Assembly: GCA_965238225.1 (NCBI GenBank) | Contig: OZ250183.1 | Location: 512,001-576,000 of the forward strand | From: Gammaproteobacteria bacterium | GTDB taxonomy: Bacteria > Pseudomonadota > Gammaproteobacteria > Eutrophobiales > Eutrophobiaceae | Reading direction: 5' to 3' | DNA: 64,000 nucleotides | Part shown: in pieces, positions 1 to 11,419 of the stretch | Position numbering within the stretch: the stretch's first letter is position 1 | How the letters are laid out: each line of letters opens with the position of its first letter | Notes under the pieces: model-generated | The model's database searches: none | Told to the model about the DNA's origin: nothing | Seen by the model: the letters and a program-made list of their open reading frames with translations, nothing else | Position numbers and translations under genes: made by a program

Positions 1-136
1 GCATAATCAATATTATGAACCATTAATTGATCCAGTGTTTTCTGAACATCATTTGTGTCCAGTCCACTTCCATCTAGCAGATGTGATTTGGCGATTTCCA
101 GTACGTTATTCATATATTTTACTTATCCCAGTATTT

Positions 137-961
137 TTAATTTAAATTTAATTTTTTATGTTCTAAACAGGGAAAATTCTTGCGTAGCGTTTTTTGTTTT
201 TCCAGATTAATATCCGCGATAGCAAAACCAGACTCTTTTTCAACGCAGTCGAGAATATTTCCCCATGGGTCAATAATCATACTGTGCCCCCAGGTTTCTC
301 GATTATTAACATGTTTCCCTCCTTGGTTGGATGCGATGACATAGCAAAGATTCTCGACTGCACGGGTACGGAGCAAAGATTCCCAGTGTACCTTGCCTGT
401 GGCTGCCGTGAATGCGGAGGGCACTGTGATGATATTGACATCACTTTTATGCATAGCGCGATAAAGCTCAGGGAAACGCAGATCATAACAGATCGACATA
501 CCAATATTGCCAAATGGTGTCTTGGTTACCACAATCTTATTGCCTGCCTCCAGCGTGCGTGACTCCTGATAACTTTCTTTGCTGTTTCCTTTATGAACCG
601 TGGCATCAAATAAATGTATCTTGTCATATCTGTCGATGCATTTTCCTTCTGGATTATAAAGCAGGCAGGCCGACCGAGCTTTGTTTACATCGTTTGCTTG
701 TAAAGGAATTGTGCCGCCCATTAGCCATACCCCATGTTTTTTTGACTGTGCAGCCAAAAAATCCTGCATTAGTCCCTGTCCAAAAGGCTCCATGATGGTA
801 ATTTTATCGTGTTCTTTATGACCCATCAGGGTGAAATTTTCAGGCAAAAGCAGAAATTTTGCGCCTTGTGCAACGCTACTGGCGATTAACTTCGATGCCC
901 AATGCAGATTTTCATCCACATCTGCGGTGGAAATCATTTGTATTGATGCAACTTTTATCAT
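137..961 (-). CDS. Carbon-nitrogen hydrolase (nitrilase family, Nit1/YafV-like amidase)
   Basis: E-K-C catalytic triad motifs: LLPENF, YDKIHLFD, ICYDLRFPE. Confidence 0.9.
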   Translation of the reverse strand: MIKVASIQMISTADVDENLHWASKLIASSVAQGAKFLLLPENFTLMGHKEHDKITIMEPFGQGLMQDFLAAQSKKHGVWLMGGTIPLQANDVNKARSACLLYNPEGKCIDRYDKIHLFDATVHKGNSKESYQESRTLEAGNKIVVTKTPFGNIGMSICYDLRFPELYRAMHKSDVNIITVPSAFTAATGKVHWESLLRTRAVENLCYVIASNQGGKHVNNRETWGHSMIIDPWGNILDCVEKESGFAIADINLEKQKTLRKNFPCLEHKKLNLN

Positions 962-1078
962 GAATAACCCTTGTGAATGCTCTTAACTACAGGATATAAC
1001 AGTTATGAAAATGACTCTATCTCTTACATGTCATATAATCACGCGTTTTTTAAACATTAAATTAGGTGTACTGCAAAG

Positions 1079-2281
1079 TTGCACGAAGAATTTTCAAGAA
1101 TACAGCGCTTACCGCCTTACGTCTTCGATATTGTGAATGATTTGAAGATGGAAGCGCGCAAACGCGGTGAGGATATTGTTGATTTTGGGATGGGCAACCC
1201 AGACAAGGCTACGCCCAGACATATCATTGCCAAAATGACTGAAGCATTGAATCAGAGCGACATGCATCGGTACTCACTGTCTCGCGGGATTGCACCACTA
1301 CGTGAGGCAATTTGTAATTGGTATAAGCGTCGATATGATATTGATCTGAATCCTGACACAGAAGCAATCGTTACCATAGGCTCCAAAGAGGGCTTGGCGC
1401 ACTTGGCCATGGCCGTTGTCGACCGAGGCGACACTGTTTTAGTACCAAACCCTTCTTATCCAATACACCCCTATGGATTTATTATTGCAGGTGCGGATGT
1501 ATTGCACGTACCGATTGGCGCAGACGTTGATTTTTTTGAAGAACTGGAAAGGTCTATCAAAAACACTTTGCCAAAACCAAAGATGTTACTAATAAATTTC
1601 CCAAGCAACCCGACAGCACAATGTGTCGATTTAGAGTTTTTTGAACGTGTGATTGAAATTGCCAAAGAACATGGTATTTGGGTGGTTCAGGATTTAGCTT
1701 ATGCCGATATTGTTTTTGATGGCTATAAAGCGCCTTCGATTTTAGAAGTATCTGGCTCTAAAGATATTGCAGTGGAATTTTTTTCATTATCCAAAAGTTA
1801 TAACATGCCTGGGTGGCGCGTTGGTTTTATGGTTGGAAATCCAACGCTGGTAAGTGCCTTAACACGATTAAAATCTTATCTGGATTATGGTTTATTTGCG
1901 CCGATTCAGGTAGCTGCAGTCGCAGCACTAGAAGAAGATCAGCAATGTGTCGCTGATATTTGTAGTATGTATCAACATCGCAGAGACGTTTTATGTGATG
2001 GTTTGAACGCTGCAGGCTGGAACGTTGAAAAACCTAAGGCCACGATGTTTGTCTGGGCGGAGATTCCTGAACAATTCCAGCACATGGGTTCTTTGGAGTT
2101 CTCTAAGAAACTGCTAACCGATACAAATATTGCTGTCGCACCTGGTATTGGTTTTGGTTATCATGGCGATAAACATGTTCGTTTTGCTTTGATCGAAGAT
2201 GAGGAAAGAACAAACAAAGCCATGTTTGGCATTCAAACGATGCTGCAAGATGAAACTCCATCAGTGGTGTCTAAAAGATAA
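1079..2281 (+). CDS. alaC: PLP-dependent class I aminotransferase, alanine transaminase AlaC-like
   Basis: [13 protein letters not shown]-terminus, [17 protein letters not shown]-lysine motif, located upstream of hom-thrC. Confidence 0.85.
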   Translation: MHEEFSRIQRLPPYVFDIVNDLKMEARKRGEDIVDFGMGNPDKATPRHIIAKMTEALNQSDMHRYSLSRGIAPLREAICNWYKRRYDIDLNPDTEAIVTIGSKEGLAHLAMAVVDRGDTVLVPNPSYPIHPYGFIIAGADVLHVPIGADVDFFEELERSIKNTLPKPKMLLINFPSNPTAQCVDLEFFERVIEIAKEHGIWVVQDLAYADIVFDGYKAPSILEVSGSKDIAVEFFSLSKSYNMPGWRVGFMVGNPTLVSALTRLKSYLDYGLFAPIQVAAVAALEEDQQCVADICSMYQHRRDVLCDGLNAAGWNVEKPKATMFVWAEIPEQFQHMGSLEFSKKLLTDTNIAVAPGIGFGYHGDKHVRFALIEDEERTNKAMFGIQTMLQDETPSVVSKR

Positions 2282-2355
2282 GATTAATCATTGTTTACAC
2301 TCCTCAAGAACATTTCTATCATTATATTGTATCCACAAAGAAAAAATAAAGAAGT

Positions 2356-3672
2356 ATGGGAACAGTAGTTAAAATAGGTTTATTAGGCTTAGGTACTGTC
2401 GGTGGCGGCACTGTCAGTGTGTTGAGTCAGAATGCTGAAGAGATTGCACGTAGATCAGGACGTGAGATCCAGATAATTCATGCAGCTGCAAAAGAATACA
2501 ATGCAGACGCAATTACAGGTCTTGAAAGAATTAAGAAAATATCTTCTGATGCATTTGCTGTTGTTAATGATCCTGAAGTCGAAATTGTTGTTGAGCTTAT
2601 CGGTGGCTATTGTCCAGCAAGAGAGCTGATATTAGAAGCGATTAAAAATGGTAAGCATATTGTCACAGCGAATAAAGCTTTAATCGCTATGCATGGTAAT
2701 GAGATTTTTGCAGCTGCTCAGGAGCAAGGTGTGACTGTTGCATTTGAAGCCGCTGTCGCCGGTGGTATTCCGATTATTAAGGTCATGCGTGAAGGTTTGT
2801 CTGCTAATCGGATCGAATGGGTAGCTGGCATTATTAATGGTACAGGTAATTTTATCCTGACTGAGATGAATGAAAAAGCCAGAGACTTTGATGACGTATT
2901 AAAAGAAGCTCAGAAACTCGGTTATGCAGAAGCTGATCCAAGCTTCGATGTTAAAGGTACTGATGCCGCACATAAGTTAACTATTATTGCATCAATTGCG
3001 TTTGGTATTCCGCTACAGTTTGAAAAGATATACGCAGAAGGCATCGACAAAATTGAACAGCAAGATGTTGTTTATGCATCTGAGCTAGGTTATCGGATTA
3101 AACATTTAGGTATTACGCGCAAAACAGATAATGGCATTGAAATGCGCGTGCATCCAACCTTGATTCCAAGTCGGCGGCTGATTGCCAATGTTGATGGGGT
3201 GATGAATGCTGTATTAATTAAAGCTGATGCTGTTGGATCGACACTTTATTATGGCGCTGGCGCAGGTTCGCAGCAGACTGCTTCAGCCGTGATTGCTGAT
3301 ATCGTGGATATTGTTCGTGTCTTGGCAAGTGACCCCGAAAATCGTGTGCCACATCTGGCATTTCAGCCTGGTGAATTATTGGACACGCCTATATTACCCA
3401 TGGAAGAAGTGGAGACGGCTTATTATTTGCGTATGCAGGCCGTTGACCGTCAGGGTGTATTGGCTGAAGTTACTAAAATTTTTGGAGACTCAGGCATCAG
3501 TATAGAGGCCATTTTGCAAAAAGAACCTGAAGTTGGGGTAACGCATGTGCCAATTATTTTTCTAACACAACGTGTACAAGAAAAATGTATGAATGCAGCT
3601 ATCGCAAGAATTAAAGATCTTGATGTAATAGAAGGCGACATTACACGTATCCGTATGGAAATTCTAAAATGA
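2356..3672 (+). CDS. hom: Homoserine dehydrogenase with C-terminal ACT domain
   Basis: GLGTVGGG, VTANKA, EAAVAGGIP, GIINGT, GYAEADP motifs. Confidence 0.95.
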   Translation: MGTVVKIGLLGLGTVGGGTVSVLSQNAEEIARRSGREIQIIHAAAKEYNADAITGLERIKKISSDAFAVVNDPEVEIVVELIGGYCPARELILEAIKNGKHIVTANKALIAMHGNEIFAAAQEQGVTVAFEAAVAGGIPIIKVMREGLSANRIEWVAGIINGTGNFILTEMNEKARDFDDVLKEAQKLGYAEADPSFDVKGTDAAHKLTIIASIAFGIPLQFEKIYAEGIDKIEQQDVVYASELGYRIKHLGITRKTDNGIEMRVHPTLIPSRRLIANVDGVMNAVLIKADAVGSTLYYGAGAGSQQTASAVIADIVDIVRVLASDPENRVPHLAFQPGELLDTPILPMEEVETAYYLRMQAVDRQGVLAEVTKIFGDSGISIEAILQKEPEVGVTHVPIIFLTQRVQEKCMNAAIARIKDLDVIEGDITRIRMEILK

Positions 3673-4790
3673 CTTTTAGAAAACATTATACCGGGCTGAT
3701 AGATCGTTATCGTGATCGTTTGCCAGTAAGTGATGACACACACATTATTAGTTTGGGTGAAGGCAATACCCCTTTAATCAAATTAAGCAATCTTCCTCGT
3801 TCCCTAGGCAAGAATGTCGATATTTATATCAAGTACGAAGGCTTAAATCCTACATGTTCTTTTAAGGATCGTGGTATGACTTTGGCAGTAACCAAGGCTT
3901 GCGAAGAGGGATCAAAAGCAATCATCTGTGCATCGACAGGCAATACCTCAGCCTCAGCAGCAGCGTATGCTGCTCGAGCAGGAATTTCTGTCTTCGTTTT
4001 GATTCCTGATGGCAAAATTGCTCAAGGTAAATTAGCACAGGCGATGATAAAAGGTGCTGTGATTATTCAAGTTAAAGGTAATTTTGATGATGGTATGCGT
4101 TTAGTTAAAGAAATAGCAACTGAATCACCTGTCGTGATTGTTAATTCAATCAACCCTTATCGTTTACAAGGACAAAAGACAGCCGCATTTGAAATTATAG
4201 AAGAATTAGAAAGAGCGCCAGATTTTCATTGCTTGCCAGTCGGTAATGCTGGAAATATTTCAGCGCATTGGATTGGTTATAGTGAATATGCCAATCAGCC
4301 AACCGGCATTTGTTCACCGCATAAATGTGCACAAGATAACGAAGCCATCGTCAATAGTCGCCCGAAGATGGTGGGCTATCAGGCGAGTGGCTCAGCTCCA
4401 TTTATGCGTGGCGCGATGGTTCACTCTCCCGAAACAGTCGCAACAGCCATTCGCATTGGTCATCCACAGTCTTGGGATAATGCCTGGATTGTAAATAAGG
4501 AATCTGGCGGTTGGTTTGATGAATGTGATGATGAAGAAATTCTGGCGACGCAGAAACTTCTGGCAGAAAAGGAAGGCATATTTTGTGAACCAGCATCAGC
4601 GACATCTCTATCTGGCGCAATGCGCGATATTCAGTCTGGACGAATTCCGGAAGGCAGTACCATCGTCTGTACTTTAACCGGACATGGTTTGAAAGACCCT
4701 GATACTGCTATTGCCCAAAGCACAGCGCCAATAGTGAAGATTAATGTTGAAGCGGAAGAAGTTAAAAGTGCAATTTTGGATAATATGTAA
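3669..4790 (+). CDS. thrC: Threonine synthase
   Basis: EGLNPTCSFKDRG, CASTGNTS, PVGNAGN, EPASA; ATGA overlap with hom. Confidence 0.95.
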   Translation: MTFRKHYTGLIDRYRDRLPVSDDTHIISLGEGNTPLIKLSNLPRSLGKNVDIYIKYEGLNPTCSFKDRGMTLAVTKACEEGSKAIICASTGNTSASAAAYAARAGISVFVLIPDGKIAQGKLAQAMIKGAVIIQVKGNFDDGMRLVKEIATESPVVIVNSINPYRLQGQKTAAFEIIEELERAPDFHCLPVGNAGNISAHWIGYSEYANQPTGICSPHKCAQDNEAIVNSRPKMVGYQASGSAPFMRGAMVHSPETVATAIRIGHPQSWDNAWIVNKESGGWFDECDDEEILATQKLLAEKEGIFCEPASATSLSGAMRDIQSGRIPEGSTIVCTLTGHGLKDPDTAIAQSTAPIVKINVEAEEVKSAILDNM

Positions 4791-4860
4791 TGATTCTTTG
4801 AATGAGATGCCAAGCATTAAAAATAAAATGCGTACTATTCAAGAATTTCACTTATAAAAA

Positions 4861-5892
4861 ATGCGCAAGCTGACACTTTTCATTCCAGGCTTCTTCAGTC
4901 CTGTCAGTGAAACGCTTTCTAAAATTACACCAGATGTTCCTGCTATAGAAAGATGTTTCAGATTTGGCACATCAAAAAGTGTTCAAGGCGCAAGTACTCA
5001 AACTACGGGGTTTACCCACTCCTTATTTAGGTTGTTCGGTTTCCCAGAAAAGGAGCATGATTATCCAGTGGCAGCAGTTACACGTCTTGTTGATAATGAT
5101 CATGATCTTGAGGGCTTTTGGATGCGCGCCGATCCAGTCCACCTGCGTCCAGAGCGTGATACCGTTGTGTTGCTGGATGATTCTTCATTCAATATTGACA
5201 AGCATGAGGCGTTAATTTTTGCCGCCGATCTTCAGAAAGTCTTTACCGAGAGAGGTATTGAGTTAGAAGCGCCTACTAATAATCGTTGGTATATTAAGTT
5301 AAAGAAATTGCCCGATGTAAGCACCACACCAATACATGAAGTTTGCGGTAATGATATTGATAAAAATCCAGTCGTAGGCGTAGGCAAGGTTTTATGGGAT
5401 CAACTGTCCAATGAAGCTCAGATGAGCCTGCACAATTGTCCGTTGAACTCTGCGCGTGAAAAGCGCGGTGAATTGTCTGTGAATGGTTTATGGCTATGGG
5501 GGGCAGGCGAATTGCCAAAGCCTGAAAAGCGAATCTGGTCACGCGTATTTTCTGATGAGATTACGACTCAAGGCTTGTCTATTTTGACGGGATCTCCCTA
5601 TGCAGATTTGCCTGACTCACTCAAAGTGCTTATCAATCAATCAGAAGAACAGGATGATATATTGGCTGTTATTTCCTTTGGTTTGCGTCATCAGCAGTAT
5701 TTTGATCATAATGGTTGGCAGGATTTCATTGCTTATCTAGAAGAAGAATGGTTTTCTGAGGTTGAAAATTTAATCCAGAAAAAAGAGCTGGATGAATTAA
5801 TATTGTTAACAGGAGAATATAAGTTAACTGTTTCAAAATTTTCATACAAAAAATTCTGGCGCAGACAAAAGTCATTTTTAAGTTATCGTTAA
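4861..5892 (+). CDS. Conserved protein of the RpfE / cofactor-independent phosphoglycerate mutase-like family
   Basis: WMRADPVHL and NEAQMxLH...VNGLWLWG motifs; position between thrC and recJ. Confidence 0.7.
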   Translation: MRKLTLFIPGFFSPVSETLSKITPDVPAIERCFRFGTSKSVQGASTQTTGFTHSLFRLFGFPEKEHDYPVAAVTRLVDNDHDLEGFWMRADPVHLRPERDTVVLLDDSSFNIDKHEALIFAADLQKVFTERGIELEAPTNNRWYIKLKKLPDVSTTPIHEVCGNDIDKNPVVGVGKVLWDQLSNEAQMSLHNCPLNSAREKRGELSVNGLWLWGAGELPKPEKRIWSRVFSDEITTQGLSILTGSPYADLPDSLKVLINQSEEQDDILAVISFGLRHQQYFDHNGWQDFIAYLEEEWFSEVENLIQKKELDELILLTGEYKLTVSKFSYKKFWRRQKSFLSYR

Positions 5893-5910
5893 ATAGTTTA
5901 TTTTTATAAT

Positions 5911-7644
5911 ATGCCCATTGCAATTAAACGCCGCCTCATTGAAGAAATTGATTTAGCCTGCGATATTCATCCTGTCTTAAAGCGTATTTATGCCGCTAGA
6001 AATATTAAAACCGCTGATAATCTTGACTACTCCTTGCAAAAATTATTGCCTTATGAAGACCTAAGTAATATTCAGAATGCCGTTGCACTATTAGAAGATG
6101 CCTTAAGATCGGAAAAGAAAATACTCATCGTCGCAGACTTTGATGCCGATGGCGCCACGAGTTGTACTGTCGGTATGCAGGGCTTAAGGCAAATGGGGGC
6201 AACTGATGTGTCTTATATCGTGCCAAATCGTTTTGAGTTTGGTTATGGTTTAAGTCCGGAAATTGTTGAAGTGGCGGCGGCAATGGCTCCTGATCTTTTG
6301 GTGACGGTGGACAATGGAATTTCCAGTGTAGCGGGCGTACAGCTTGCGCGTGACAAAGGCATTGATGTATTGATTACTGATCACCATTTGCCTGGAAAGC
6401 AATTGCCAAATGCCAACGCTATTGTGAATCCAAATCAAATCGGAGATAAATTTCCAAGCAAGATGTTAGCAGGTGTCGGCGTTATGTTTTATATCCTGAT
6501 TGCTTTGAGAGCACATCTTCAGGCTAAAAACTGGTTTCAGGATCAAAAAATACCTAAGCCAAACTTGGCAGAGCTACTGGATTTGGTTGCGTTGGGCACT
6601 GTGGCAGATGTCGTTCCTTTGGATCAAAATAACCGTTTGCTCGTCGCCCAAGGTTTAGCACGTATTCGTTCTGGTCATTGTTGCCCAGGAATAAAAGCCT
6701 TATTGCTTATTGCGAATAAAACATTAGAAAGCGTGACAGCACAGGATATGGGCTTTGCCATAGGGCCTAGGCTAAATGCAGCAGGACGTTTAAGTGATAT
6801 GTCATTAGGGATTGAATGTTTGATGAGTGATGATGAGATACAAGCTAAAGATATGGCGACCAGCCTAGATGAACTGAATAAGGAAAGGCGCGAGATTCAA
6901 GATGAAATGCAGGAGCAGGCATTGCTGGATATTGCAGAACTTGATCTGGATACAATAGCAATGCCATTTGGCGTGTGTTTATTTAACGAAAGTTGGCATC
7001 AGGGCGTTATTGGTATTCTAGCATCAAAGATAAAAGACAAACTTCACAGACCAGTGATTGCTTTTGCTAAAGACAAAGATGGGTTCATTAAAGGCTCAGC
7101 GCGTTCAATTTCTTGTGTCCACATTCGTGATGTACTGGACACCATTGCCGGACAATATCCCGGGTTAATCGACAAGTTCGGCGGTCATGCTATGGCTGCT
7201 GGCATGACACTTAAAGAGGCAGACTTCGAGGCGTTTAAACAAGCATTTGATAAGGAGCTAAAACGATTCGTACGTGCAGAAGATCTAAATGGCAGTTTGC
7301 TTTCAGACGGAGAACTTACTACAGCAGAAATTACCTTCGGTTTAGCCAAAGACATTCAAAAAGCAGGGCCATGGGGGCAGGGGTTTTCTGAACCTCAATT
7401 TGATGGCGAGTTTTACTTGGTTGAGCGCCAAATAATTGGCGAGAAACATCTAAAATTAAAACTGCGCACACAGGAAAATGGACAAGGACAAGGCAAAGCG
7501 ATAGATGCAATCGCCTTTAATTTTACTGATGAAGAATGGATAGAAAAACCAGAGCGAGTGCATGTAGTCTATCGCCTGTGTATCAACGAGTTTCGCGGCA
7601 GGAGTAAGCTACAACTGATCGTAGAAAATATAGAGCCTGTTTGA
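5911..7644 (+). CDS. recJ: Single-stranded DNA exonuclease RecJ
   Basis: DFDADGATS, TVDNG, ITDHH (DHH), GGHAMAAG motifs. Confidence 0.97.
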   Translation: MPIAIKRRLIEEIDLACDIHPVLKRIYAARNIKTADNLDYSLQKLLPYEDLSNIQNAVALLEDALRSEKKILIVADFDADGATSCTVGMQGLRQMGATDVSYIVPNRFEFGYGLSPEIVEVAAAMAPDLLVTVDNGISSVAGVQLARDKGIDVLITDHHLPGKQLPNANAIVNPNQIGDKFPSKMLAGVGVMFYILIALRAHLQAKNWFQDQKIPKPNLAELLDLVALGTVADVVPLDQNNRLLVAQGLARIRSGHCCPGIKALLLIANKTLESVTAQDMGFAIGPRLNAAGRLSDMSLGIECLMSDDEIQAKDMATSLDELNKERREIQDEMQEQALLDIAELDLDTIAMPFGVCLFNESWHQGVIGILASKIKDKLHRPVIAFAKDKDGFIKGSARSISCVHIRDVLDTIAGQYPGLIDKFGGHAMAAGMTLKEADFEAFKQAFDKELKRFVRAEDLNGSLLSDGELTTAEITFGLAKDIQKAGPWGQGFSEPQFDGEFYLVERQIIGEKHLKLKLRTQENGQGQGKAIDAIAFNFTDEEWIEKPERVHVVYRLCINEFRGRSKLQLIVENIEPV

Positions 7645-7749
7645 AATGCACTTATTCTTGAATTTTTCACATAAAAATATTATAAAGGACATACGTAAGT
7701 ATTATTGGCATTTGCAGATATTGTTGTTTCATAAGATTAGGAATATAAA

Positions 7750-8244
7750 ATGATTTATGTAGATATATTTTCAGCTTTGCTGACACCGGTTATTGCTATC
7801 GTGGCAATTTACATCGCATATCAACAGTACAAAATTGGTGATCTGCGCTTACGTCATGAATTATATGAAAGACGTATTAAAATATATAAAGCAGTCCAAA
7901 AGTATTTGTTGGACGTAGTCGGTGGAGGAAATACAACATATTCAGCATGTATGTTAAAACATAAAGAATTTTCCGAAGAGATATCGGAAATACCATTTCT
8001 TTTCGATATTTCAGTGCAAAAAGAAATTTATACAATCTATGCAAAATCTATAGCTATGGCTGGAAAAAGTGAAGAATTGCATCTTTCAGATGGTTTGCTT
8101 ATGGCACAGGATGATCAAGAACGAGGCAAAGTAATAAAAGAGCATACTAATTTACTTAAGTGGCATGTAGAACAACTATCAGTTATAAAAGAAATTTTTG
8201 TAAAAGAAATTGGAATTAAAAATACGTGTAAATTATTCGGATGA
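7750..8244 (+). CDS. Hypothetical protein with an N-terminal membrane helix
   Basis: 164-aa AT-rich ORF with an AGGA RBS and a hydrophobic N-terminus; no family recognised. Confidence 0.65.
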   Translation: MIYVDIFSALLTPVIAIVAIYIAYQQYKIGDLRLRHELYERRIKIYKAVQKYLLDVVGGGNTTYSACMLKHKEFSEEISEIPFLFDISVQKEIYTIYAKSIAMAGKSEELHLSDGLLMAQDDQERGKVIKEHTNLLKWHVEQLSVIKEIFVKEIGIKNTCKLFG

Positions 8245-8302
8245 GTCCGTAAAAATTCCGTATCCCTTATAGAAATTTTCTACCTGTTATTGTTAAACCA
8301 CT

Positions 8303-9398
8303 ATGGAAATTAGCCCCTACCTCAATCATGTTAATGATATGCAAGGACGAACCGATGCCTTGAGGGGGTATCTTTGACTATGAAAATAAATCCGAACGTC
8401 TCGTCGAAATTCTGCGTGAACTAGAAAATCCTGCCATTTGGAATGATCCTGCGTTCGCTCAGGCCTTGGGCAAGGAGCGCGCATCTCTAGAGCTAGTAGT
8501 TAAGACCATCAATGATATGGATAGCGGTTTACATGATACGAGTGATCTGTTGATTATGGCACGCGAAGATGCCGATGAAGAGATGCTTGAGTCAATCATT
8601 GAAGATTTAGAAGGTTTTGAAAAACGCTTGGCCGAGCTTGAATTTCGCCGTATGTTTTCTGGTGAGATGGATGCCAGTAATACATTTTTGGATATTCAAT
8701 CAGGTTCGGGTGGTACGGAAGCACAGGACTGGGCCGATATGTTATTACGCATGTATTTACGTTGGGGCGAACAACATGGATTCAAGACTGAGTTGATTGC
8801 AGTTTCTTCTGGTGATGTAGCAGGTATTAAAAGCGCAACTATTAAATATGAAGGAGATTACGCGTTTGGTTGGTTGCGTACAGAGACTGGCGTACATCGC
8901 CTGGTCAGGAAATCCCCCTTTGATTCTGGCAATCGTCGGCACACTTCATTTGCCTCTGTTTTCGTCTCGCCTGAGATAGATGACAATATCGATATAGAAA
9001 TCAATTCTGCCTGCCTGCGTGTTGATACCTATCGCGCCAGCGGTGCAGGCGGGCAGCACGTAAACAAGACTGATTCTGCGGTGCGGCTGACACATCTACC
9101 AACAGGCATTGTGGCACAATGTCAGAATGATCGTTCACAGCACAAAAACCGAGCTCAGGCCATGAAATTATTGCGCGCTAAACTTTATGAGATGGAAATG
9201 CAAAAAAGAAATTCTGACAAACAAATACTGGAAGATGCGAAGTCTGATATTGGCTGGGGCAGTCAGATTCGATCCTATGTGTTAGATCAATCTCGGATTA
9301 AGGACTTGCGCACAGGGGTTGAAACAGGAAATACGCAAGCAGTGCTGGATGGCGACTTGGATAAGTTTATTAAAGCCAGTTTGAAGTCAGGACTTTAG
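8303..9398 (+). CDS. prfB: Peptide chain release factor 2, translated via programmed +1 frameshift
   Basis: ATG at 8303 is in frame with CTT-TGA-C at 8372-8378; the +1 frame joins ORF 8466..9398, which has the SPF and GGQ motifs. Confidence 0.97.
8363..8378 (+). promoter_or_regulatory. prfB programmed frameshift site
   Basis: AGGGGG-TAT-CTT-TGA-C, the canonical internal SD plus slippery codon and stop. Confidence 0.95.
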
Positions 9399-9544
9399 GA
9401 TGAAAGATGAGAGGTTAGGAAACAGAATGTCGAAATATTTTCTGAAGTTATTTTTTGTTATTCTTGCGTTTCATGCTTCACATCTTACAACTTGGCAATA
9501 CACACTCAAATTTTTGTTATTAAAATTTAGAAAATAATAAATTT

Positions 9545-11059
9545 ATGTCAAACACAAAAGACAGAAAATCTGACGAGAATAAATTAATTGCCCAGCGCCG
9601 TGAGCAGCTAGAGGCTTTGCGTAAAAATGGTCAGGCCTATCCGAATAATTTTAGACGCGATGCCCTAGCGTATGATTTACATAAAACGTATGCAGAGTCT
9701 GATAAAGAAACTCTTAAGTCCAGCAGTACGCGCGTTAAAGTTGCTGGTCGAATGATGACACGCCGAGTGATGGGTAAGGCTTCGTTTGCGCATATTCAAG
9801 ATATGTCGGGCAAGATCCAGCTCTATATAAAACGAGATAATCTACCTGAGGGGCTTTACGTTGATTTTAAGCGGTGGGATATTGGCGATATCATTGGCGT
9901 AGAAGGCAAATTAATGAAAACCAATAAAGGCGAGTTGAGTGTTGATGTTGGTAATATTTGTTTGCTGACTAAATCATTGCGCCCCCTGCCTGAAAAATTT
10001 CATGGTCTTACAGATCAAGAAACTAAATATCGACAACGTTATGTCGACCTTATTATGAACGAAGATACACGTAAAACATTTTTTGTACGTTCACGCGTTA
10101 TTGATTTCATAAGAAATTATTTAAAAAAAGATGGCTTTATCGAAGTCGAGACACCGATGATGCACGCGATTCCGGGTGGTGCAGCGGCAAGACCTTTTAG
10201 CACGCATCATAACGTCTTGGACATGGATTTATTTTTACGCATTGCGCCGGAGTTATACCTAAAGCGTTTGGTTATCGGTGGTGTTGAAAGAGTCTTTGAA
10301 ATTAACCGCAGCTTTCGTAACGAAGGATTATCACCCAGACATAATCCTGAATTCACTATGCTCGAATTTTATCAAGCCTATGCGGATCATGAAGATTTAA
10401 TGAATCTTACGGAAGATTTAGTGCGAAAGTTGGTGATAGAAGTGTCAGGCGGTACAACGATCACTTATCAAGGTGACGAATACGACTTGGATCAAGCCTT
10501 CGTCAGGATGACAGTGAAGCAATCAATCTTGAATTTTAATCCTGCTATCAATGCGACTCACCTGAATTCCATGGAATCTGCCAGCATTCTTGCGAAAAAA
10601 CTGGGGATACATGTAGAAGATGGCTATGGACTTGGCAAGGTACAGATAGAAATTTTTGAGAAAACCGTTGAACCTCATTTAATGGCGCCAACATTCATTA
10701 CTGCCTATCCTGTCGAGGTATCGCCTTTGGCACGTACGAATGATGACGATCCTTTTATCACCGATAGATTTGAATTCTTTATTGGTGGGCGAGAGATTGC
10801 TAATGGTTTTTCTGAATTAAATGATCCGGATGATCAGGCACAACGTTTTCGAAAGCAGGTTGAAAACAAAGAATCTGGTGATATAGAAGCCATGCATTTT
10901 GATGAGGATTACATTACTGCTTTGGAATACGGTATGCCGCCAACAGCGGGAGAAGGTATCGGCATAGACCGACTAGTCATGTTTTTGACTAATTGTCCCA
11001 CAATTCGCGATGTTATTTTATTTCCGCATATGCGTCCGCAAATAAAAAATAAGCAGTAA
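9545..11059 (+). CDS. lysS: Lysine--tRNA ligase (class II)
   Basis: [11 protein letters not shown]-like motif, FRNEG, HNPEFT, GIGIDRL; follows prfB. Confidence 0.97.
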   Translation: MSNTKDRKSDENKLIAQRREQLEALRKNGQAYPNNFRRDALAYDLHKTYAESDKETLKSSSTRVKVAGRMMTRRVMGKASFAHIQDMSGKIQLYIKRDNLPEGLYVDFKRWDIGDIIGVEGKLMKTNKGELSVDVGNICLLTKSLRPLPEKFHGLTDQETKYRQRYVDLIMNEDTRKTFFVRSRVIDFIRNYLKKDGFIEVETPMMHAIPGGAAARPFSTHHNVLDMDLFLRIAPELYLKRLVIGGVERVFEINRSFRNEGLSPRHNPEFTMLEFYQAYADHEDLMNLTEDLVRKLVIEVSGGTTITYQGDEYDLDQAFVRMTVKQSILNFNPAINATHLNSMESASILAKKLGIHVEDGYGLGKVQIEIFEKTVEPHLMAPTFITAYPVEVSPLARTNDDDPFITDRFEFFIGGREIANGFSELNDPDDQAQRFRKQVENKESGDIEAMHFDEDYITALEYGMPPTAGEGIGIDRLVMFLTNCPTIRDVILFPHMRPQIKNKQ

Positions 11060-11419
11060 TGGCTTTGTGTTTAGCCCTAAACCAGAAATTTATCCTTAAT
11101 TGTCATTCCTTTGTAAATGAAAATGAAGACGAACGTCTTGTTGATACTAGGGTTTCTTATGCGTAGTAGATCGCTAAAAAATTAAGAATTAGTTTGAGAA
11201 TCTGATTGATAATCGGGAGCTTATTCTAGCTACCCCAGACTATATCAATAAAACAATGGTTCTGCCGAATATGATCGACAGGATATATGGTATAGAATGC
11301 ACGCTGAAAGGCTAAGACTAGAAATAGCCAGATAAAATTTGCATAATCTACTTTTGTAAAGTTCGATCGTTTTTTTTGATGTTCAGAAAATTTTATTAAC
11401 AATTTAAGAGGACTTTAAA

